Shown here piece after piece: positions 1-11,000 of a stretch of DNA of 64,000 bases. The notes under the pieces were generated by a model. The model ran no database searches, was not told the DNA's origin, and was given only the letters and a program-made list of their open reading frames with translations. The stretch is from Mobula birostris. Taxonomy: Eukaryota. The DNA lies in NCBI RefSeq assembly GCF_030028105.1, contig NC_092397.1:36733097-36797096 (forward strand), given 5' to 3'. The translations under genes were made by a program, and so were the position numbers. The number at the start of each line of letters is the position of its first letter. The first letter of the stretch is position 1.

Positions 1-94
1 GTCCCCGACTTGCTTTACGTTTCGTACGTCCCCGACTTGCTTTACGTATCGTACTTCCCCGACTTGCTTTACGTATCGTACTTCCCCGACTTGC
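1..94. repeat. 27-bp minisatellite (about 3.5 copies, cut by window start)
   Basis: Unit (g/t)tccccgacttgctttacgt(t/a)tcgtac starts at 1, 28, 55 and 82. Confidence 0.95.
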
Positions 95-149
95 ATATCG
101 ATTTCCACAGCTAGGGCGCAATATCCATGGTCGACCCTGACCAGCGGAG

Positions 150-520
150 AGCCATCACCAACATGTTTGCATGTGGCCTCCTCTACTGCTACGACGAAGC
201 CAAGTACAGGCTAGCCAAACAACACCTCATATTCTGACTGTGCAGCCTCCAATCTTGATAGAATGAACATTGATTTCTACCAATTCCGGATATCACTACA
301 CTCTGTTTCCCTCACCCCCACTTCTTTTCCCCCATTCTGATACCATTTAACCCCTTCACCTCTCTTCACACACCCTCATGACCTGGCCATCAACTCTGCC
401 TGGTTCTCCACCTCCTTCGTGTCATCCCATGGTCCAAAGTTCTCTCCTATTGGATTCCTTTCTCTTCATCGCTTTGCCTTTTCTGCCTGTCACCCAGCTC
501 CTCAGATCATCATCCCTCCA
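150..520 (+). mobile_element. Degenerate Penelope-like element 3' remnant
   Basis: aacaacacctcatattc...gcctccaa...atgaacattgatttc followed by a pyrimidine-rich tract; same sequence at 21420-21710 (+) and 24910-25298 (-). Confidence 0.55.
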
Positions 521-544
521 CAAACCACACGTTCCCTAAGGATG

Positions 545-905
545 AGCTGTACCTAATGCAATCTGCAAGAGAACTGAGACTTCAGAAAAGATTTGTTTTC
601 CAGCAAGACAATGACTGCGAGCTTAAAACCAAAGCTGCGCAGGAATGCCTTAAGACAACACAGTTCATGTCCTGGTGTGGCCAAGTCAGAGTCCAGGCCT
701 CAGTCTGTGGCTGGACTTGAAAAGGGCTGTTCACTCATAAACTCTGTGCATTCTGACAGACCTTGAGCAGTTTTGTAAGGAAGAATGGGAAAAATTGCAG
801 TGTCCAGATGTGCAAAGCTGATAGTGACCTATCCACATAGACTCATGGTTGTAATTGCTGCCAACGGTCCATCGACTAAATACTGACTTGAAGGAGGTGA
901 ATACA
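545..905 (+). mobile_element. Tc1 transposon fragment (transposase C-terminus)
   Basis: Encodes FQQDND-like motif (ttccagcaagacaatgac); aligns to the reverse complement of 36130-36500. Confidence 0.8.
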
Positions 906-1509
906 CCTACCTGCACAGGGTCCATTCCCTGTACGTTATATTACATGACACCCTTACTCTTATGCTTAACACCCTGACCAGTGGAAACCAGCATTCTGCA
1001 CACCTTATCCCGCTGTGTAGCCACATTCAGTGAACTATGTGCCTGGATCCCAAGATCACTCTTTACACCAATGCTGTGAAGGGGTCAGACATTAACATTA
1101 TACTTTCTTCTTTCATTTGACCTCCCAAACTGCAACGCCACATTCCCTCCCAGATTAAATTCCTTCTGCAGCTACTCTGCATATCTGTTTGTGATCTGTA
1201 TCCCACTGTGTGCATTGATCAATATCTACACTGTCCACAATTCCACCTATCTTGCTGTCACCTGTAGACTTGTAAACCGCCCATCAACATTTTCATCCAA
1301 ACATCGATATATATCAGAAACAACATAATTCCCAGCATCAATCCTTGTGGATCACCACTGCTCACAGACTTCCAGCCCTACTTAGCCTTCTATGAGAAAG
1401 CCATTTCTGAATTGAAATTGCAATTTATATTGAATCCCACTGCTCTTTTTCAAATGCCGTACTGAGGTTTATGTGGATCATGTCCACAGCCTTGCCCTCA
1501 TCAAGCACC

Positions 1510-2460
1510 AAGATGTTGGGTCTCATTCTTTTCACATTATATGTCAATGATTTGGATGATGGAATTCATGAATTTATTGCAAAATTTGCAGATGATATGA
1601 AGAGACAGGTGGAGGTGCAGGTATTTTTGAGGAAATAGGGAAGGACAGACAGATGAAGAGAATGGGCAAAGAAGTGGCAGATGGAATACAGAATTGGGAA
1701 GTGTATGGTCATGCACTTTGGTTGAAGAAATAGTAGGGTTGATTATTTTCTAAATGGAGAGAAGATACAAAAAATTGAGGTACAAAGGGATTTGGGAGTC
1801 ATTGTGCAGGATTCTCTAAAGGCTAATTTGCAGGTTGGGTCTCTGCTGAGAAAGGCAACTGTGATGTCAGCATTCATTTCAAGAGGACTGGAATATAAAA
1901 ACAAGACTGTAATGTTGAGACTTTATGAAGTACTGGCAAAGTCTCACTTGGAGTATTGGGAGCAGTTTTGGGCCCTGTATGGAAGGGTGAGCTGAAACTG
2001 GATGGGTTTCAAACGAGATTCTCTGAAATGATTCCAGGATCAAACAGCTTGTCATATGAAGAACATTTCATGGCTCTGGGCCTTTTATTCACTGGAATTG
2101 AGAACAATGAGGGATGACTAATTGAAACCTATCACTGTGATAAAGTTGATGTGGAGAGGATGGGAGTGTAAGACCAGAGGACACAGCCGCAGAATAGAGG
2201 AGCATCCTTTTAGAATGGAGATGAGGAGGAATTTCTTTAGAGAGAGTGGTGAATCTGTGGAATTCGTTGTCACAGGCAGCAGCTGTGGAGGCCAAGGTAT
2301 ATTTAAGGTAGAGATCGATAGATTCTTGATTGGTCAGAGCATGAAGGGACACATGGAGAAGGCAGGAGATTGGGGCTGAGAGGAAAAATGGATCAGCCAC
2401 AATGAAATGTCAGAGCAGACTCGATGGGCCAAATGGTCTAATTCTACTCCTATACCTTAG
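1510..2460 (+). mobile_element. Old 5'-truncated CR1 LINE (RT C-terminus and 3' UTR)
   Basis: KFADD remnant, HLEY.EQFW motif, RGHS..I...PF..E.RRNFF; many stops. Confidence 0.85.
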
Positions 2461-3730
2461 TCTCTGTCATCACCTCACAAACCTCGAGCAACTTTGTCAA
2501 GCATGATCTGCCCACACAAAACCATGCTGATTGTCCCTAAGCAGGCCATGCCTTTGCAAATGTGCATAAATCCTGTACCTCAATATTTAACTCTGACCTG
2601 GTGGTCTTTAAACAACTCCCACATGTGGCTGCTCCCAATCAATGCCCCTTGGCTTCTGTCTTACTACGTCCTAACTTGCCCTCCTGCAATTTAGTACCTT
2701 CTTACAAGATCTAATTTTATTCTTACTCATAACTAAGAAAAATATAAGATCCCAAAATTTTCACTGAGTCTTGGCTGTCTCCTGGTCTGGTTCATTTCCC
2801 AAAACTAATTCCCACATGTTCTCAACTCTGGTTGGGCTCGACATAATGTTTCAAACTTTCCTCAGATTCACTGAAGAAATCTTGCGCTTCTTAGTATTGA
2901 GCAAATTCCAGTCAATTCTAGGGAAGATAAAGTCCCCCCACTGGTTATTGTGGGGCCAGTGCAAACATCCCAACAGTGTAACTGCAGATTGCCTCTGTAA
3001 ATGAACCTTCCAGTTTGCAGTGACATTCCCAGTGGGGTAACCTCTGCATCTTTTAACCCCCCCCCTCCCACCCCCACTCACATGTAAAACAATCAAACCC
3101 AGGAATGTTGAGCTGCCAGCCCTGTCCGTCCGACAACATAAAACTCCTAATGTTGAAATAAACTCATTTCAGCCCAGCAATCCCACCATGTTTATTAGCC
3201 TGACATTGGCGCTCGTTCTTTTCAGACTGTCTTGTCAGACATACATTCTCCCACTTGCTACTCCAGTTCAAACTCTGCCAAGTGACACCATCAAACCTCC
3301 TGGTGAAGATATTGGTTCCCGTCCGGGTCAAATGCAAATGGTCTTGTTTGTCCCGGTCTCCCAGCTGCCTGGACCACCCATGAATCCATGAATCTGAAAA
3401 CCTCCCTCCTGCATCAGTTCCTCAGCAACATATTAAACTGCGCGAAATATCGATTTCCCACCACACTAGCGCATGGTTTTGGTCACAATTCCGCGATTAC
3501 AATCCTGGAAGTCCTGCTTTTTTTTAACCTAGTTCTCTAAAACCAGTGTGTAGGACTTAACATCCCTGCTCGTTTAAACCCTTCCGTGCAGCACGAAGAA
3601 GGCTCCCCGGAAACATATTGGCTCCCCTCCTCCTTGGACCCGTCTCTCGTTTCCCTTGAGACCCAAAGATCCTTGTACCTGAAGAACCACCCACCTCGCA
3701 CCAGCTCCTCAGCCACCCCTTTACCTGGGC
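2461..3730 (-). mobile_element. Degraded CR1 ORF1/ORF2 remnants
   Basis: GDF.FP.IDW endonuclease motif (ORF 2851-3096); homologous to 33690-35165. Confidence 0.65.
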
Positions 3731-4029
3731 TTTAGAAGGCGCCAGAAGCGCGGTCTATATATCTGGTTATGTATCCTGTTCTTGTATGTGACCAGTCTTT
3801 CATTTCCCTGACGACCCAGAGGAACAATTGTTCTAATGAATCAACCCCCTCATCACTGGAAGTGACTGCACCCTCTCCCACCAACTGCTGTGTGTGAGGG
3901 CGCTGACACTGGTCATGGGGCCGGGAGGGACAGACCGAGGTCCTCGGGGATTTGTAGAATGGAAAAGCACTTCCTTTAATTTAAAGCAGGAGAATCGGCA
4001 AATTCCCAGAAAACCCATAGTATGTACGT

Positions 4030-4599
<570 letters not shown>

Positions 4600-4632
4600 A
4601 AAACTCCCACCTCCTTCTGAGCACAAAACAAA

Positions 4633-4675
4633 GGCTCTTCTAAGAGCCACCCACCGCCTCACAAACGGAGCCGTA
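4633..4675 (+). terminator. Histone 3' stem-loop and HDE (U7 site)
   Basis: GGCTCTTCTAAGAGCC-ACCCA at 4633-4653, then purine-rich aaacggagcc. Confidence 0.95.
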
Positions 4676-5029
4676 TCCGCAGACTTTTAATTATTTTTTA
4701 TCGATACATTCAGTTGGGTTGCATTTGAAACAGATTGATCGATTCCGCTTGAAACATACTGCAATTCTGCCTTTCCAGTCAGTGATTACCGCAAAACCTG
4801 CATTAGGATCGATTTTAATCCTCTATCAGTTTCGAACAGAAATCAGTTCACTCGTTTAGAGAACGATTCTGCAGTTGTGAATTTAAATCTTAACTGAGGA
4901 AATTAGATATTAAATTTATTAAACGAAACTGAATTTGTATAATTCGTCATACAATTAATTGTAAATAAAATGTAATCAAGCACCGTTGCTGGGTGGTCTT
5001 CAATTGCCAGGCGATTTTAAATTAATCCG

Positions 5030-5687
<658 letters not shown>

Positions 5688-5716
5688 ACCCAGCCTCCAC
5701 AACAAGCACAAGAAAA

Positions 5717-5758
5717 GGCTCTTTTAAGAGCCACTACCACAGCAAAGGAAAGGGCTGT
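5717..5758 (+). terminator. Histone 3' stem-loop and HDE
   Basis: GGCTCTTTTAAGAGCC at 5717-5732; aaagggctgt downstream. Confidence 0.95.
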
Positions 5759-6518
5759 CGCTTGCTGATTATTGTAGTGACGATCTGCCTTCCTGATGGG
5801 GTTGTTCGGTTTTGCATTAACTGACCGCAATCATCAGCTATTCTGTGCCGACAGGTTAATTCAGCGAGAGACAGGAGATGAACGCGCTCCCTCCCTGTCA
5901 GGGTCTCATCTGGCCCTTCACTTCTCCCACAAACCTGGCATGTACAGCTGCTGCGGCTGTTACCGTTTTGTTTGCTTTCGACATGCCCGGCTGTCCTTGG
6001 AGTGGGAGCATGCGGTCGCAATGGGTACAGTGGGAGATTTCCGAGAGCGGTAATTATATATTTTTGATTTTATTCTTGTAAATGTTGTGTAAATAAACTT
6101 TTGTAGCTGGTACCTGATTGAAGGTCAGTCGGCAAAGTCGCCGGGTAGGTTATCATATATCTTCCCCCTGCAGTCCATCCCCAGAGACAGATCCCTCTCT
6201 CAAGACGCCCCCTCCCCTCTCACATGGGTTTCAGCAGTTCCCAATCAACTCAGCTGAATCGGGCTTTGGGATGCGAGGCGCGGAATCTCAGTCACGCTGT
6301 CCTGGAGCGGGAGAAGGAACTGGGCCTGCAGACCACCCCACCGGTCTCACTCTCTCACTCACACACACAGCCCGAGTGAAACGCAGTGTTTCACTTCAAA
6401 TCTGGGACGTCAGGGCCGCTCTGAATGTCAGAGAGGTACCGGGAAAATCGGGTTTTATGCGGTAAGTTCCCCCGCAAAACTCAGTCGGACCCACAGCGGG
6501 AATCACAATATTCACGAT

Positions 6519-6557
6519 CAGCTCTTTTCTGAGATGTGGGTGGCTCTGAGAAGAGCC
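6519..6557 (-). terminator. Histone 3' stem-loop and HDE of H1
   Basis: Minus strand GGCTCTTCTCAGAGCC-ACCCA (6557-6537) and AAAAGAGCTG (6528-6519). Confidence 0.95.
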
Positions 6558-6593
6558 GTTGGGTTCAAACACTTACAAACGGTATATCTCAAT

Positions 6594-7244
6594 TCACTTT
6601 TTAACTGCTGTCTTCTTGGCCGCCTTCTTCTTCGGGGCTGCGAGTTTCTTGGGGCTCTTTGGCTTCGACGCCGCTGGTTTCTTAGCTGCCGTTTTTTTAG
6701 CCGCTGGTTTCTTAGCTGCCGCTTTTTTAGCCGCTGGTTTCTTAGCTGCCGCTTTTTTAGCCGCTGGTTTCTTAGCTGCCGCTTTTTTAGCCGCTGGTTT
6801 CTTAGCTACCGCTTTCTTAGCCGCTGGGTTCTTGGCGCCAGACTTCTTGCTGGGAGATTTCTTGATGGCAGATTTCTTTACCGATGGCTTGTTCGCTTTC
6901 TTCACCGCTTTCACAGCACTTTTTCCTTGACCGGATTTAAAGGATCCCGAAAGACCCGCGCCCTTGGTCTGAACCAAGGAGCCGCTTTCCACTCTCTTCT
7001 TGATGCACATCCTGATCTGGGCGCGACGTTTCCCCACATCGACACCGCTGCTGGTCAGAGCCTTCATGATGGCCACAGCGGACATTCCCTTCCTATCGCG
7101 ACAATCCGCCACAATCTTATCGATTTGTTCGCCCAGTTTGGGACCGGCTGGTTTGCTCCGGCCGGCCGCCTTCTTCTTGGGAGTCTTCTTTGCGGCGGCG
7201 GGTGCGGCTGGAGGAGCCGTTTCGGCGGGTGCTGTCTCGGTCAT
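6594..7244 (-). CDS. H1: Linker histone H1 (divergent, replication-dependent type)
   Basis: 216 aa; MTETAPA N-terminus, winged-helix-like domain ending [17 protein letters not shown]-rich tail; stem-loop 3' end. Confidence 0.95.
   Translation of the reverse strand: MTETAPAETAPPAAPAAAKKTPKKKAAGRSKPAGPKLGEQIDKIVADCRDRKGMSAVAIMKALTSSGVDVGKRRAQIRMCIKKRVESGSLVQTKGAGLSGSFKSGQGKSAVKAVKKANKPSVKKSAIKKSPSKKSGAKNPAAKKAVAKKPAAKKAAAKKPAAKKAAAKKPAAKKAAAKKPAAKKTAAKKPAASKPKSPKKLAAPKKKAAKKTAVKK
6670..6836 (-). repeat. 30-bp coding tandem repeat ([10 protein letters not shown]) in the H1 C-terminal tail
   Basis: gccgctggtttcttagctgccgctttttta-type units start at 6670, 6700, 6730, 6760, 6790 and 6820. Confidence 0.95.
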
Positions 7245-7745
7245 GTCGGCGACTCTGGAAAATGCTTCTCACAATCAGACTGAATGAGAACTGAAGCGAA
7301 AGGCGGCGGCCCAGAGCAATTTAAAGACAGCGAGCGGACGGGGCGGAGACATCCTGCTGTCAGCTCCCGGAGACTTCATTTTTCTGTGTTTCTCTCTCCT
7401 CAAAAACTCTCCGATTCCAATTAAAATCGGACACTCCAGAGACTCAGACTGGTCCTTGTCCGTCACTGAGGCCGCAAAGTTCGCCGGAAAGAGAGTTTAA
7501 TCGGGATTAAAGGCAGCACTTTCTATTTTAACCCGTTTGATTACTGCACTGCCCGCGATCTCTCTCCATTTTGTTGACCTGTTCTCTGCTTTTCGGCTGA
7601 AATTTTGAAACTAACTAAAACTTTGCGGTTAATTCCCGCTTCGGGACTGAGCTGGGGAGTGAGGCGATCCCATAACAGAGAAATCTTTTCATTTTGTACA
7701 GGAGGCGCTGGGAAATCCGGCGATGTGTTCGGACCCACAAACACA
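7245..7745 (-). promoter_or_regulatory. H1 promoter: TATA-like box, GC box, H1/AC box, upstream TG box
   Basis: TTTAAA 7320-7325, GGGGCGG 7340-7346, AAACACA (minus) 7385-7391, TGTGTTT (minus) 7739-7745. Confidence 0.75.
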
Positions 7746-7792
7746 GTGATACTCGTCTAATCCGCCCGCCGCTTTAAAACACTCTCTCTGAA

Positions 7793-7940
7793 TCAGCAAG
7801 TTAGGCAGCGTCAATGCTGAGAATGAACAGTCGACATTTCGGGCCGAGACCCTTCATCAGGACTCTGGTGGGAGATGCTGCCTGACTTGCTGGGTTCCTC
7901 CAGCATTTTGGCCGCGTTGTTCGCCATTCCCAGAATCTCT
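7793..7940. mobile_element. Hairpin-shaped Penelope pseudo-LTR fragment
   Basis: Inverted arms tcagcaagttaggcagcgtc / gatgctgcctgacttgctgg around a hammerhead motif. Confidence 0.75.
7828..7864 (-). ncRNA. Minimal type I hammerhead ribozyme (Penelope-associated)
   Basis: Minus strand AGUC-CUGAUGA-A-GGGUCUCGGCCC-GAAA-U-GUC-GACU: both core boxes, stem I, stem II and a GUC triplet. Confidence 0.75.
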
Positions 7941-8059
7941 TGGCGTTATGCTGACACAATGTTCACATCTGCACCTTCAGAGGCCTGTACTGCTGTCAGA
8001 ACAAAACGACAGGTTCCTCGTCATATAACACGGTGATAAATCTGATTCTGATTCCAAGG

Positions 8060-11000
8060 AATAAAGGACAAAGGACATTGTCTGGCCAAACTGACTATGT
8101 AACTGAGAACCTCGGGTCCGGGAAATATACCTTGGAAATCTTTTCCACACTTTCCCCAGTTTAACCACGTTTCCTATAATGGTGACAAGAGCTGTATACA
8201 AATCGGCAAGTGTGTCCTCCAGTCATTTACACAACTGTGACATAATGTCACAACTGATATACTCTATCCCCTGACTAATGAAGACCAGCATGTTAAACCC
8301 CGTTCTTCACCACCCTGTCTGCAAGTGACACAACTTTCAATGAATTGTGTTCACTTTACCCCTAAATCTCTCCGGCCCATTCCAGTCCCCAATGACCGAT
8401 CTTTCATAGTGTAAGTTCTACACTGGTTTGACTTTCCAATATGCACCGCCTCACACTTATCTGTATTGAAATGCATTTGCCACACTTGACCCTCTTCCCT
8501 AAGTGATCATGAGCACCCTGTAATCCGCGACATCCTTCTAAGTAAAGTTGAGGGAAGTTACTCCAACTCATTAATAAAACTTTTGTGCACTGGCATTGAT
8601 CAGTGAAGGTGATTAGTATCAAATTCAAAATCATGTTCATTATCACGGACATATGTCATTAACTTTGTTGTTTTGCTACAGCAGTACAGAGCAATTTCTT
8701 AAAAAAAACAATTAAAATAAGAAATACAGAATAAACTAAATCGTGTAAAAAGAGGATCAGGGAGGGGTGTGAGTCTGAAGATGAGAATAGGAAACCTAAA
8801 ACCTTGTCCATTCTTGCCTCTTTTACTCTTCATATATCTGAAAATAAATCTTTTTTGTATCTTGTTTCTATTATTGGCCAGTTACTTTCATAATTCATCT
8901 GACTTCTGCATATTGTTATTATAGTTGTTCTGTTTTTTTTAAGTTTCCCATTCCTTTAGCTTCCCATTAATTTTGGTGATATTCTTTGCCCTCTCATGTT
9001 CTTTTATGCTGCCTTTGTCTTCTGTTGTTAGTGATGGTTGCCTCATCCTCCCTTTTAAATACTGTTTCTGCAAATTTCTCCTGGAGACTGAAACTTTTCA
9101 TACAAGGTAATCTGGGAAAGTTGAAATGCCCAACTGCTGTAAACTTGTTCCCATTACCCCTCTGTGTGATTTACTAATATGTCTGCTGCACAATATCTGA
9201 GCCGATTGGGAGGCCGGCAGATTAATCCCATCAAAATCATCATTCATCATTTTATTTAAAACCTATACTTACAAGACCTCATCAAAACCCCTCTTATCAG
9301 TGAAGTGTTGGTCTCCTTATTCAAAGATGCAACATCCCCCACCCATAAGGTAGCTTTTAAATGTTTCCCCTTCATCTTAAACCATTACCCTGTAAATTTA
9401 GGCTTCCCTACCCTACAAAAAGAGTGCTCACCTACTGATTTTGTAAACCTCTGGACGGTCACCAGACAGCTCCTTACTCTCTCAGGAGAGAGAAAGAGAG
9501 TCCCAGTCTGTCCAGCTTCTGCTGATAATTAAAGTCCTCCAGTGTCAGTAACATTCTCATCAAACTTCCCTCCACACTTGCCAGCTTCATGACATCTTTC
9601 CTGCAACTGGATGACCAGAACTGTGCAAAATACAGTCTGGTCTCACTTTGACTTTTACAGCTGTCATACGGCATCCCAAATTCTCTACTCAGTTCCCTGA
9701 TCAATGAAGACAAATAGGCCAAACACCACCTTCACCATCCTGACTATCTGTGTTGTCTCTTTCAGTGAATGATGTTTCTGTATTTCATGGCCCTCTTCTG
9801 TAATACTCTCCAAGGGACAAGAATTTACTGTGCAGATCCTTCCCTGGTTGAACTTCTCATAATGCAACACCTGAAACTTGTCCACATCAATATCCTTCTG
9901 CCATTTTTTGGCCGACTTCCCCAGTTAATCTCCATCCTATTGTACTCTCACACAATCTTCACAGTCCACACTACCACCAACATTGCTGTCATCTGCAAAC
10001 TCACTGTCACTACAATGTCAGAAAATTGTTAATGTAGATGACAATTGACAGTACCAGCACCGATCCCTGTGACTGTCACTGGTCAGAGGCCTCCAACCTG
10101 AATAACAAGCTGCCATGACCACCCTCTGTCTCCTTCCATCAAGACAAGTATCTTGTCTGGCATCCCCTCTGCTCTAAATGTGTAATACAAAAGAAATAAA
10201 GATTAAATCAAAATATATCTACCTGTGGCCTACATCTCTCAGAAGGGACGAAACCTGAACTCCCCACTCCAATTCTGGCCCACTCATACAATGACCGCTC
10301 TGGTTAAGTCTAACTTCTTTTTATTGGATCTTGCCACGTTCCGAATTATGGGCAATCAAACATTTCCTCGGGAGCTGTGACATGCAAAATGTGCCAACTG
10401 CCCAGGTTCACTTCATCAAACTCCCTCTCCTTTTACATAATCTGATGACTGTGTGGGACTGTGGCACTCAAAACTGTGGACTACAGGAAACCAGAGTACA
10501 TGCCTGCACTGTTCTACAAGGCCACAAATGATTAAAAAAACACTGTATAACAAACACTGGAATTCCCCAACTGAGATGAATGGGGAGGCTGGATAACTGA
10601 AAAGATTCAAAGAGAAGGAAGATAAATGTTTTGTAAAATCAGGGAAGTGGGATTGACATACAAGGAAGGCTGATGGCAGATCAGACTTTATATGGAATTG
10701 TGGGTGAGGGACTAAGAGAGGACACACTGGAGGGTTCATCCAGTGGGACAATGTGGATGGAGCTCAGGATAAGAGAGGTGCATTCACTGATGGGGTTATA
10801 CCACAGGCCTCCCAAATGCCAGCAGGAGATAAAGGAACAGAAATGTAGCAGGTAATGAAAGATGTAAAAGCAACAGGGTAGTTGCAGTGGGTGACTAATT
10901 TCCCCAATGTTGACTGGGACTCCCTTAGAGTCAGGGGCTTAGATATCACCGAATATGTTAGAAGAATACTGGGATGTTACTTAACATTTAAGTGGATAGT

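Noticed and set aside
6375-6395. Iron-responsive element (CAGTGT in a hairpin)
   Set aside because: With CAGUGU as the loop the upper stem does not pair and there is no bulged C
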